Below the pieces are notes generated by a model that ran no database searches, was not told where the DNA came from, and worked only from the letters and a program-made list of their open reading frames with translations. Shown here piece after piece: positions 1 through 11,550 of a stretch of 64,000 nucleotides of DNA; position 1 is the first letter of the stretch; each line of letters opens with the position of its first letter. Source of the DNA: Takakia lepidozioides (Eukaryota; Plantae; Bryophyta); assembly GCA_030704615.1 (NCBI GenBank), contig CM060732.1, forward strand, positions 52,700,001-52,764,000, read 5' to 3'. A program made the position numbers and the translations under genes.

Positions 1-1160
1 GGGATAGTCTCTTGAGATAATGTCACGATGGCCCGCTTGCGGGCTACGGCGGAGCCAAGCGCATCGCGGCACTCTTGAAGAAAGAGTATTTATGGCCTAA
101 ACTGACGAAGGAGGCCGAGGAGTATGTCAAGACATGCACCACGTACCAACAAAACCGGAGCGAGTACAAAAAGCAAGCGGGGCTGTTACAACCCTTGCCG
201 ATTCCAGAGGGGTATTGGGAAAGTGTCTTGATGGATTTCATGACTGTTATGCCGCTATCAAAAGGATTCGATGGAATCATGGTGGTGGTAGATAGGTTCA
301 GTAAAATGGACCATTTTCTCCCCACTAAGGAGACTGCAACGGCGTAGGACACGGGGCGACTTTACTTCGCCCACGTCTTCAAGCATCATGGACTTCCAAA
401 TGATATTGTCTCGGACCGCGATCCAAAGTTTACAAGTAAATTTTGGAGGGCACTTTGGAATAAAATGGGGACGAGACTCAAGATGAGCACCGCCTTCCGA
501 CCTACGACGGATGGCCAAACGGAAAGAGTAAATTTCGTGGTGAAGCAGATCTTGCGGAATTATGTGTCGGCAAACCAATCAGACTGGGTGGAGCACTTGG
601 ATGCGGCAAAGTTCTGTTATAATAACACAAAACACTTCGCAACGGGAGTTTCCCCTTTCGTATTGGTCTATGGAAAGGCACCTCTAGTGCCGACAAGTTG
701 GGTCGCCCAGGACGTTGAGGAACCGGCAGCAGCAGCGGTGCTGGAAGAATGCGAGCGTTTGTTAAAGCTCGCAAAGTACAACATTGCCAAAGCTAGGAAA
801 CGGTATGAACGGCAGGCGAATCGGAAGCGGAGGGAAATTAAGTTTGAGGCAGGCACGGAGGTTTGGTTGAACATCAAGAATTTTTTACTACCTCCAGAAG
901 TGAGTCCGAAGTTCGTACCTCCGTATGCAGGGCCATTTTGCATCCGGAAGGTTATGAATGAGGATGTGTATGAATTGGAGCTGCCGGCAAAGAGCAAGGT
1001 GCATCCGGTATTCCACGTCTCCATTTTGAAGCCTTACTTCAAAGATGAAGCGCGTCTGAATCGGCATCAAGTGTTGCGTCCGCCACCTGTGCTGTTGGAT
1101 CATGAAAATGAACCTGAGTACGAGATAGAGGTTGTGCTTAAGTCGAGGAGGTGTTGGTAG
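1..1160 (+). mobile_element. Ty3/gypsy (chromovirus-like) integrase remnant with start of chromodomain
   Basis: Frameshifted ORFs 75-347 and 465-1160: zinc-finger region YLWP...CTTYQ, LQPLPIP, MDF...VVVDRFSKM, STAFRPTTDGQTERVN, GPF motif, HPVFHVS, then EPEYEIEVVL (chromodomain N-terminus), truncated at about 1160. Confidence 0.9.
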
Positions 1161-1421
1161 TAGTGAGACGGACACAAAAAAGGCAGGAGGTTCTACTATA
1201 TAGAGAAGGATGAAGAGAGTTGTTTGGGAAATAAAGAGAGTAGTGGTGAAAATTCAGTAGAAAAAATAAAATAAAATGAGAGTTTTCTAAAGCGTTGTTT
1301 GAAAGAAGTTAGACAAAGTAGCAAAGACATGATGACAAGTATGAAAGTTACCGTAAGACATCAAAATAGCTTTATTGATGTCAATGCAAGAAACAATGAA
1401 GGTACTAGCTGACAAGTTCTA
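1160..1421 (+). pseudogene. Probable C-terminal coiled-coil of the Harbinger accessory (Myb/SANT-type) ORF
   Basis: Degenerate frame LKEVRQSSKDMMTSMKV..IKIALLMSMQETMKVLADKF* converges on the Harbinger nuclease; two-ORF layout is typical of PIF/Harbinger; the Myb domain itself is not seen. Confidence 0.4.
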
Positions 1422-1429
1422 GTCTCAAT

Positions 1430-2640
1430 TACTATCAGGACATGGTACTGGCCGGTCATGAGGAAATGCCTCAGAGATGATTTTTATCTTCCATGTATTC
1501 CACGGAGTTTTGGCAATGCTATTTCTTCTTTCTGCTAATTCTTTTGCACTTTTTCCATGAGATTGCATAACAATTTCGTACCTTTTGGCTGCATCTTGTT
1601 TCATTCTCTCAAGATATTCTCTTGCATCTACGTCAATCCCATTGAGATTTTGCCTTGAACTTTCAGCTATATAGCTCTGCTTTCTACAGTTGATTGTCTG
1701 CGTATAGTTGTATGCATGGAATCATGAACCTTTGCTTGTGCCTCAGCCAACCACTCATCATTAAATGTGTCACCATGGAGAGTGCACATGTTGTTAAAAC
1801 AATACATGCCCCCACAATGTCTGGAACCATCTCAAGGTTTACATCCATTCTCTTCAAAATTCTCAAACGCCCCTTGAGCAAGCCAAAACTCCTCTCTACA
1901 CACATTGGTGCTACTCTGAATGAAATTCCAATGACACTCTTCTCTTGAAAGGCCATCTTTATGGCCCTGAATGGTGGAAACATCCATGGGCGTGCAGGAT
2001 AAGCTGCATCTCCAACTAAAGCATATGGTGTCAATTTCCCGGCTTCACAAAATTGTTGTACGACCCCATAAATTAGCGTCATGCATCGAACCAGCCCAAC
2101 TTATATCATAATCCCAGAAAATACACTTGCTTGTAACCACCCTTGAAGCAAAAAGAATGAAACCCCTTTCGATTGTAGTAATCAGCAGCATGTAGGCGAG
2201 GAGCTATTATAAGAATATGTGAGCCATCCACAACACCCACCACAAATGGAATGTCATGTAAAGCCTCAAAATCTTGTGTAATTTTTTCCATCATTGAGGT
2301 AGAAGGTCATTTTATATATAATTTCTTTAAAGATTTCTTGATAGCAATCATAAAATCTGACTCAATCTCTTGGCTTGTAGACAAACCCACACCATATAGG
2401 TCAGCTGTCATTCACATCCCATGTCCTGTAGCTAAGTTTGGAAATTCCGATTGCCACACGTGTCTCAAGGGAAATAGCATACATGAACCTCGTATTTGTT
2501 TTTTTGCATGGAAGAGACTACCATAGAGCAAATGTAATTGAAAGTTTCTCTGCTCATCCTCATGCAATTTTTGAACTCATGCATGTTGAAAGAACCCAAC
2601 AAAGTCCTAAAATCTAGATATCAACTCATACTTCTAGCGC
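1430..2640 (-). mobile_element. PIF/Harbinger DDE nuclease (HARBI1-like) pseudogene
   Basis: Fragments VVGVVDGSHI, DYYNRKGFHS, YALVGDAAYP and CVERSFGLLKGR give the DDE_Tnp_4 catalytic motifs across frameshifts. Confidence 0.9.
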
Positions 2641-2945
2641 ATTCAAAGTAGGACTGAGGCGGCGGGTTGGAAACGTCGGGACGAGGCTGCTCCAGGACAA
2701 GCGGAGAGTGGTGCTAAGACGGTGGGGCCAGTGAGTTGCTGCTGCTCCAGGAGAAGCCGGAAGTGATGGACAGTGGGGCCCAGTGAGTTGTGGCTGCTGC
2801 TGCAGAATGAGCCCAGAGTGGTGCCTAGTGGCTGCTCCAAGACAAGTAGAATATAGTGACGCCAGTACGCAATAGTTTGGAACGACAAAGTGTTATAGTG
2901 GCGCAAACGTTCAGTTGCATGTTTGGATAGGTTGCCAATGGGACA

Positions 2946-3830
2946 ATGAGGATGAAGGCTATTGCGAGAGAGAGAGGGGAAACGAAAAGGGCAAGGCGTC
3001 TGAAATGTATATCAAACAAGCGTTACGATTGGAGTTGGTGCAGCGGACATCGACGTCAGTTGTTTGCAGAAGATGGAAGAATTCATCGATCGTATGTGCG
3101 TTTCCGGTTTTTGTGCATTGGAGAGAGGTGACGCTCTCTTGCATTTCCACTTGGTTTGTACCCTATACTATGTCTCGAATTTGTTGATGTTAATTAAACT
3201 CATAAAAAAACAGCTTGGGTGGATTGATCCGAAAATTGCATCACCAGTCATGTGATGCACTGTAAAGCTTTAAGGGGCAAGGGCCTCCAAACTTTTATTG
3301 GTATGGTTGAGTATCATTAAAAAAATATTGACAAACCTAGATTTCAGTTTGTCCATCGCAATGTTAGTTCCGAACAGATGCAACAAGGATTGGATGAATA
3401 TATCAAATATGGTTCTTCATCCATAAAAAAACGAGTCTATTTGACCCACCAGAACATATTAGAACGTGTACACATGTGGTTGAAGCACAAAATGGGAAGA
3501 CAGCTTGGTACTGCACTGCCAAGTCTACTGTATAGTACTATGTTAAATTCGGGGCAATTTTATAGGAATGGATTTCAACAAAGCCGAATATCTTTGGAAA
3601 GCCATGATATAACCGCATCTTTTGGAAATGGTTGATATTGCGCGTATATTTTCGAATGTGGAACAGCTGCTTTGCGTTTTCGTGAAGTGAGAGAGAAGAC
3701 TCCGGTTGGAGGACCGGTGCAACTAGGAGCGAGGTTGATGTGAGCATGCTTACGTGAGCACAAGGGTATATTCCCGGAATTTTTGCGAAATGAAATTGGT
3801 GAAACTAACAATTATGTGCAACTAAGACAT
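2946..3830 (+). mobile_element. Replitron-type HUH (Y1) endonuclease/transposase pseudogene
   Basis: Stitched frames give SVTIGVGAADID, FCALERGDALLHFHL (HUH, H-F-H at 3142-3150), CKALRGKGLQTFIGMVEYH*K (Y at 3312-3314, YxxK), then FQFVHRNVS, RVYLTHQNILER, SGQFY; no helicase nearby. Confidence 0.75.
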
Positions 3831-5304
3831 AAAGAACAAGTAGCCCCTATACCCGATGAACATGTTACCGTGTAGCCGTGGCTTTTTCTCCATAACTGGG
3901 AGAGAGTGGGCGGTGAGGCTTCACCTCAATTTAAAGTCCTCACCCATGGATAATTTCGCACGGCGAAGCTCTGCATCGGAAGAAATCACATTGTAGCTAA
4001 AAAAGACGAATAAGTCAATTATAAAGCCCCCACCCATTCCTTTTGGATGTGGGATTGTTGGGTGATGGGATTTCTCGATGCAAAACCCACCATTGCTTAG
4101 TTTGTGCCCATATCACCAAGTATTTCTCAATGCGAAATTCACCGCCGATGTTATAGGTTTAGGGTTTCTGGCTACAGTACTGAGGGTTTCGCCTCGATGG
4201 ATTGGCGCAGATGTACTATACAACTGCAACAGTTCTCTATACCTGCTTATGGTTTTATTCCATTTTGAAAATATATAACTCCTATGACCGAGGTTTAAAA
4301 ACTTAAATCCCACTGTGGGTTGTGCTCATGCGAGCGTGAGCGTGAGCACGCTCATGTTGTGCTCATAGGATACCAACCCCTCTAGGAGCCACTTCACCTT
4401 ACGGCTACTGCGGGGATGGCCCTATATTCGTGAACTCTATTGTACCAAGATTGCAACTATTGCTTTGTCAGATTCTTCTCAATCCGCAGCTTTAACACAC
4501 AGTCATGCGATGACTAAGTTGCTTTCCAAACAGATTTCTACATCCCGGTCTCTACTCAAAGCCGTCGAAACAACCACGCATTTTATATATGTGCTTCAAT
4601 CCTCTGCATAGCTGTACTATGTTGAATTTCTTGGTGTACATAGCTCCTGTATTTTTGGAAATACTGCATTGTAATTTTTTATAACTCTTTCAACACTTTA
4701 TATTTCTACAGGAGTGACTGTTTCTCTCAGCTGAACCATCAAGTATTTAATACAAATGACAATAAGTACCTTTACATGTCCATAATGTAGAGCAGTTTCA
4801 TTAAAGAGGGATTGAATAAGTTGTCAAGATCTGGCTGAATAAGTTGATATCTGCAATACATTGCCACTTTGATATGTACATTGCGTTTTTTTTTTTAACA
4901 AGAAAGGAAAGAATAACCTTAAGGAAGAAGGCATTGCCATATTGCATTTGTAAAATGGACTGCCGGGTATACTACACATATGTCCCATAAGTTCAGTTAC
5001 TTAATTTGGTTTTGATTTTCCTTCAACTTTGGATACATTCATCCTCAAAGGAAGATAATAGGAATAATGTAAGAACTTAATGGACGCGTGTGATCTGACA
5101 GTACTTTCGCTGGATTCAGGCAACCTGGGCTCCTCCAGCGGGGCCCCTGTCAAATCCTCCCCACCCCATATTATCTCGGTTTCACTATTAAATACTTATG
5201 AATCCAAATGGGCTGCAAGTTGTGGTGGGTAGCGTGATGGTAAGGTGATAGCAATGGAGGCGGTGAGGTTTTGGGTTCAGTTCCTGATGGGGAGGATGTG
5301 GCAG

Positions 5305-5650
5305 TGTAACCCCGGTTGATGTAACCCTCCACTCGGTGTAACCCCTGTTGATGTAACCCCTGTTGATGTAACCTTCCAGTTGGTGTAACCCTCTGTAACC
5401 TCGATTTCTCCTGTAACTCTGGTTGGTCCATTTTATACTTGACCACATTTGGACTTAGTCAAATTTCGAGACCAAGTGTGGGTTACACCGACTGGAGTTA
5501 CACACCTCGTCGTGTAACCTGATGTAACCCCAAGTGGAGTTACACACCTCGTTGTGTAACCCGATGTAACTCCACTTCCCGATGTAACCCCAAGTGGAGT
5601 TACACACCTCATCCTGTAACCCAGTGTAACCCCGACTGGAGTTGACACTT
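5305..5650. repeat. TGTAAC(C)-motif array: about 15-17 bp direct units, then about 42 bp units with the motif in both orientations
   Basis: tgtaacccctgttga units at 5305-5420; tgtaaccccaagtggagttacacacctcgttgtgtaacccga-like units at 5478-5650. Confidence 0.85.
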
Positions 5651-7665
5651 CTTCAGTTCCATGTCACCCTCAAGAGAGGGTGGGGAAGATTTGACATGCC
5701 GGAAACTGGCGTACCATGTCAGAGGTTGCACGTGTACATTAAGTTCTTACATTATTCCTATTATCTTCCTTCATCAACTTAGCCTTGGTTTTTTCCTTTT
5801 TGGGCTCATGACAAGTACAAAGGATGTAGGAATTAGATGTCTAGAAAAATATCACTTACACAACCCGGCCCGTTTGGATCTGAGAGACACCAAAAGTGTG
5901 TTGATCAATGCTTAGGGCATGGGATTATGGTGTAGGTGCGCCACGCTTTCTTCATCGTCTTTGCAGGAATGTGCTCAAAGAATATACAGTGGTGATGGAC
6001 AAGCTTCAACTGTGACATCGATTGTTCTGTACTAATCCATCAGTCTATCCAACACTGCCGCTACAAGTTGCAGAGACCTTTCCTAAATGTGAATGCACGG
6101 TCAAAACTCGATTTTAAATGTGTCCAGGCCCTGGTTTGCTTATGATGGGTGATACGATCAAATGTCCTAAGAAGGAAGAGATTTTGATGCTAATGATTCC
6201 ATCCCGTTGCGGGCTTCGGAATCTGTATGTAGCCACGAATCGCATGGCCACTGTAACAATCTCAAGAATAAGAGGGCGTTTCCGTATCACGAGCCTTGAC
6301 ATTCGCCTTGAGTCTAGGTTTGGCCCTATGTGGAATTGATGAGCACCCCACGTCCGATCCTCCTGGTGAAACGCATCTCCATAGCTGCTGATGCACCTGT
6401 CACGTAGAATGACGAGAAATATCAGAACCATTCTGACAAGCAGTTCTTGGATAATACATTCTATATAACAGGTAAAGATGCAACAACAGTTCACCGATTA
6501 TTTCTGGCTGGCCTGCGGCCCAGAAGCCCTCTTTCTCTCTCAATCGCAACGAAGAGAGAAAAAAAGAGATAACGAAGACAAAAGAGAGATAAAAGAGAAG
6601 GAGAAAGACACTGGGCTCACCTGTCGGTCCAGAGGCCACATGGGAGATCCCGACTAAAAAGATTGGTCGCCTTGTACCACTGTTTCCCGATGATGTTGGT
6701 ACTAGTTCTTTTGACTCAGACATACTTTCCTGAGATTGGAGGTCCCGATTAGTGTCCCGGGGTGGCCTGTAGTATGAGCGCGCAGTCTCTGGGTTGCGAG
6801 AATAAAATCGAAAAGCAAAGCACATCCCAAAATCAATCAGGTGCTTGCAAGATCGTTCCATCGATCGACCTCAACGGAAACCGCAATAGAGTCAGCTGCC
6901 CTAGCAGGAAATCACGGCCCCTGAGACACCAGCGTTCGAGATTTGCGCAAGAGCAGGCGATCACACTACCGTCACAGCCCCACCCGCTGATAATTCTGCC
7001 ACCACAGCTTCCCCTTCCAACCTCTTATGGCGCTCAAGCTCAAGGGGATCTGCACAAGATACCGCAACACCGTAACACTCCTCTGTTTCAGACTACACTT
7101 CTTGTTGCCCCTCTGGCAGCCTCAAAACCTCAAGATCTGCAAAAGGAACTCTTCAGCGGACAACACAATAGAGAAACGACGGTGCGTAGATGGGAAAGCA
7201 ATGTGAGAGAGGTGATGTGCAGCAGCAAGCTGTACCGACTGTGTGTTATATAGCAGACGAGAGAGAGGAAAAGAGCGAGAAAAAAGGCAAGCAGAGTACC
7301 GAGGGCCCCACACTTGCACGCTTTCCACACGCGGCCTCCGGACCAGAACGCGGTCTTGGGCGGCGCACAGTTCTCATTCGTCAGTGTTTTTTTCAGCCAA
7401 TATTTGTTAAAAGCAGGTGAGGCAGATTCTGCCACTTTTTCGGCCTAATTCTCAGGCCGAATCGGCAGGGATGGCCGATTGTGCACAGAGGACGGCAGAC
7501 CTACCACCGAGGACCATGTCGTCAGCCATCAACCCACCCGTTTTCCCTTGAGGCTCGCTCCGTTTATATCCTCTCCAGGGCTCTGAATCTGGGCAATCGA
7601 TATGGGATAATCGAACCGCAATCATATTGCGCCACCTAGCGGCGAGAATCCGCCACACCTGGTTT

Positions 7666-7786
7666 CGTACTAGAGAACGGGCCGTGTTTGGCCGACTCTG
7701 CGTGCGCGGCCATAGGGCTTGCCCTGACGGGCTCGCCCAAAGGCCGCTGGGCAGAATCGGCCAAACACGGCCCTTTCTCTAGTACG
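7666..7786. mobile_element. 121-bp foldback/MITE with 36-bp inverted arms (CACTA-like ends TACTAGAGAA)
   Basis: 7666-7701 cgtactagagaacgggccgtgtttggccgactctgc is the reverse complement of 7751-7786 with 2 mismatches. Confidence 0.75.
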
Positions 7787-7849
7787 TTGCGGGCGGACGT
7801 CAAAGTGAAAAGAATACACTTCTGATCCTTTATTATTACTTTCACTTTA

Positions 7850-8028
7850 TATTCTTTGTAAGGAAGAGTATAAAGTTTGTTTAACGTCCAGTGAATTTAC
7901 AGAGCCTACTGCTCAACACACAGCCCATGGAGGGGCCAACGGACTTTGAAGGCACATGTTTGAAGGATTGAACCCAGGATCACCCACGTCATGCACACGA
8001 AAGTCACCCACTAAACTACCTGCTCTCA
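7850..8028 (-). mobile_element. tRNA-derived SINE-like fragment
   Basis: Minus-strand Pol III A-box TAGTTTAGTGG (8008-8018) and B-box GGTTCAATCC (7965-7974) at tRNA-like spacing; no full cloverleaf; 3' boundary approximate. Confidence 0.5.
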
Positions 8029-8131
8029 AGTGACAGCTCACAATTCAGCCCCTGTAGCTTTTTCTTTTTCTTTTTTTCCCCAGAATTGTATCTTTTTAAA
8101 AAAGACTTACCAAAGTGAGGTGCGCAACACT

Positions 8132-8143
8132 TGGTATCAGAGC
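8132..8143 (+). promoter_or_regulatory. tRNA-iMet primer-binding site of element E
   Basis: TGGTATCAGAGC 2 nt after an LTR-type end ...TGCGCAACA (8129). Confidence 0.9.
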
Positions 8144-8258
8144 TTAGAGTTCAGTACGCGATCGTCCTTGAGATGGGCCTCATCTTGGGTCGGGCAAGAC
8201 AAAGCGAAAGTGGAACGGCCCGAAAGATGATGATCCTGGTGAGCCCGGTGGGGGGGAC

Positions 8259-9446
8259 GTGTCACCGAAGCGGCAATTGGAAGAGGCGATTTATGCTTCT
8301 GAAAGCGAGGCCGCTCAAGAACGGGAGGAATCTGGGGAGTCGGAGCCCGAGGACTTCCCGGAGGCTCTGGCAGACCAACAGATGTCTCCCATGCCAGCAG
8401 CCTTTTGGGAAGGGTTGTTGGCGCAGTTTTGCGGAATGTTGAAAGACGTGATGAGGGCGGCTAATGCCACTTCCACTAAGGTAAAGTTTAAGTTGAAGCC
8501 TAAGGAACCCGGCACCTTCGAGGGCGTCCAAAATCGGAAGGCACTCAACACCTGGCTCTTGGAGCTGGAGCAGTACTTCCGGGCGGCCAAGTTGAGTGAC
8601 GAGGATCAGGTGGAAGTGGCTCCCACCTATTTGAGGGGCTATGCTCAACAATGGTGGCAGAAACGCCTTCATGACCAAGGTCCAAACCCAGAAACCTTGA
8701 GCTGGAGTGGGTTCAAGGAACTTATGAAAAGACAGTTTGTGCCTCTCAACGCGTCATGGCTCACCCGAGACAAGATGAGGAATTTGAAACGGATGACATT
8801 CGAGGATATGTTCAGGCTTTCAATGTGCTGTTGCTTGAAGTCACGGATATGGCGGAAACAAAAATGGTCTTCAACTTTGTGGCGGAACTGGCCCCATGGG
8901 CCAGGCGGAAGTTGAAGGAGAAGCCACCTAAGACCTTGAATGAGGCAATTGAAAGGGCTGAATGTTTCTCGGATGTCCCTAGGGGCGAAAGACAAGGTCG
9001 TACGGAGCTGAACCACAAGAAGGCCCGGCGGGAGGGTGACTCTTTCCGACCGGAAAAGAAGTGGGATAGGCCATGTGGCGACAATGACACATGGAAATCG
9101 AAGGGATGGCCTTCACACGTCAAAGCGGCACTCGGTGCTCCGAAAGAAAAATCAGGTGCGGCGGCTTATGGCGGACAGAAGGCGACCTTTGATGGAGTGT
9201 GCTTTAATTGCGGGGAGCTCGGGCACATGGCCAAGAAGTGCGCGAAACCCCGACAATTGAACATGACTCGGGCGACCACGGAGCTGTCCGAAGATTCCAT
9301 CAGCCATTTGGTGGAGGCGGTAGTCACCAAGACTTGCAAGGTAGGCAACTACGCTTGTGAGTTGTATCAAGAGACTGGCCCTTGCGTAAATGGAGTCAGT
9401 TAATGTTTGTGAGTGGGATAATTTCCGGAACTAACGTGTCGTTGTT
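8259..9446 (+). mobile_element. Ty3/gypsy element E: gag (frameshifted) and start of protease, truncated
   Basis: PKEPGTFEG..WLLELEQYF..YLRGYAQQWW (retrotransposon gag), zinc knuckle CFNCGELGHMAKKC, then LMFVSGIISGTNVSLL cut off just before the expected DSGA-type motif. Confidence 0.85.
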
Positions 9447-9776
9447 GGGGGCTTTACATCTGTGAAGCCTATTGCCCACAAAAAATCCTGAGCTCCGCGA
9501 AGGAAAACAAATAATAGGAAAATATCACCCTCCACTGCTGGGTGAAAAACCTACCAAGGGAAAACTTGGCATCTGCAAGTTGGGCGGAGGACAAAACCCT
9601 TGGCTAGGAAAACCGTGCAGGGAGTACAGATGGTGATATGCCATGAAACTACAATGTTCTAAGTCCTAGAGAGGTCAAGTCCTAGGACCCCAAATTCACC
9701 ATCCGCAAACTAAGACTAAGCTGCTAAAAACAGAAGTGGATCAAGCTGAAGTAGATCGGCTAAGAAGATCAAGACA

Positions 9777-10535
9777 TCACCCCACCGTGCGCCCCTCCAC
9801 ATTGATACATGTAAGATCAAAAACTAGCTCGGAATGCACCAAGTCTGTCAAGGAAACAGGTTCATCCCGCACTTTAGTAGTAGAGCCTTGTGGAAGAAGG
9901 AGAGCACGTCGCCCACGTAAAATCTGATAGATCAAGTATGGACCGTCGATCTTGAGCTTAGATTTGCATGCATGCTTGTCATGCTGTAATCGAACGCACA
10001 CGATCTGTCCCACCTGAAACATGTTGACACGCTTGTTAAAATTACGGGCCTCGGTTAGCTGAGCCTTATCAGTGTTTGTCTTGGCATCATGAATGGACAC
10101 CGCATGCCGAGCATGAAGATCCTCAACAAAGATCTCAAGATCAACCGGATCAGCAACAGTAGAGATAAGAGGGGTAGAATGCAAAGGAAAAACACACTTG
10201 CGACCATACAACAACTCTAAAGGAGTCTTCTTGGTGCTAGCATGTACGGCGGTGCGATAAGCAAAGAGAATAGGGGGAAGAAAGGTATCCCACTCCCTGG
10301 TAAGTGCGCCATTCTTCTCCAACATTCGGCAAAGAATTTGGTTGAAGCGTTCCGTGAGGCCATTGGTCTAGGGATGGTATGGGGCGGTGGTGGAATGCTT
10401 AACATCGAAGTTGAAGCAAATCACCATGAGGAGCTGGTTACAAAACTCCTTGCCCTAATCTGTTAGTATCTCCCGAGGACACCCATGCCACATAAGGATC
10501 TCATTGAAGAAGAACTGAGCTACAACATCACTAGC
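9777..10535 (-). pseudogene. Element D integrase core and C-terminus
   Basis: WHGCPREILTD*GKEF, TTAPYHP*TNGLTERFNQ, EWDTFLPPILFAYRTAVHAS, GPY motif. Confidence 0.9.
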
Positions 10536-11224
10536 CCCCTGCTCTTCAATTAGAGTGGTTACTGCCTCAAACACTCCCATCTCCTTACGTTCCCGAGTAT
10601 CAAGTATGTAAGAGTCAAGAATGATTTGGGCAATGATTGGACCAGACACAATGATCGGAGACTTAGGAGCAGTGCCCTGTAACCTCTTCATCTCTTCCAC
10701 CAGACCATTGTACATTAACCCTGCCCAAGCTACATCCTCTCCCCTCAAGCTTTCAGGATCTCCTCTATGAATGACCTGCTCAAATATTGTTGGTTCTGTT
10801 TCATAGCAAACAGAACGTTCAATATTTGGCCAACTTCTCTGAGCCCTGGGTACTCGGCTTTGGTACAAGCGTAACCTTGAGTCTTAAAGAAACTCCCTTC
10901 TTGGAACAAATTCCCTATCTGCAATCTTGCCATGTGCTCATCCACATCCACATGTCCCGATGGCAAATCAAACAATTGCTGCAAGTACTGGGGAGTAATT
11001 TCTATATCTACTATCCTCACCTGGGTAACTCCCGTCCGAGGCTCAAAGTTCTAAAGAAATTGAATCATATATTGCCGATGATGCAAGGACCAGTCCTTGC
11101 GTAGCAGCCCCTCCAATCGCAACTCCCTCAGCACCTGCACTGCCTACGGTGTAGCAATTGTTTGCTTTTGCAGAATCGTGGTGCTCTTCACCCTGATATC
11201 CTCTATTCCCCTCACTCTCTTCAT
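10536..11224 (-). pseudogene. Element AB accessory ORF-X, N-terminal part (inverted)
   Basis: Colinear with copy C 29172-29830 (VDIEITPQYLQQLF..KTQGY..SGPIIAQIILDS..EEQG). Confidence 0.85.
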
Positions 11225-11550
11225 TCTAGACAAACATAAAGGCCTTGTTTGAAACAAAGCACTAGCTTTGTAGCTATGGCGGATGTAAAGATTACACGTT
11301 CGCTTTACTTCTCACGCAGTGGCGCAAGGACGGACGAATTGAGAGTACATTTTCTCTCACTCGATACTTGCAACCCCCAGCTCAAACAGTGTGCGTTGAC
11401 GCACACTATTGGAGCTGCCAGGTAAGTGATAATTGATCCTGAAATACAAACCCTATGTGGCCGATTTTCAAATGACAAATGCAATGACATTGTGAGCTCA
11501 ATTAGTGTGCGTTGACTGACACTCTTTGAGGTGCCAGGTAAGTCATGATT

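Noticed and set aside
5305-5650. CRISPR-like array
   Set aside because: No constant repeat with unique spacers, no cas genes, eukaryotic context
9461-9776. Ordinary 3' LTR of D (TG...CA after a G-rich tract)
   Set aside because: No matching 5' copy in the window; kept only as the alternative to the LTR-less model
11410-11545. U1 snRNA gene (ACTTACCTGG on the minus strand, twice)
   Set aside because: Only the 5' decamer matches; no U1 stem-loops or Sm site follow; it is simply the complement of a consensus donor
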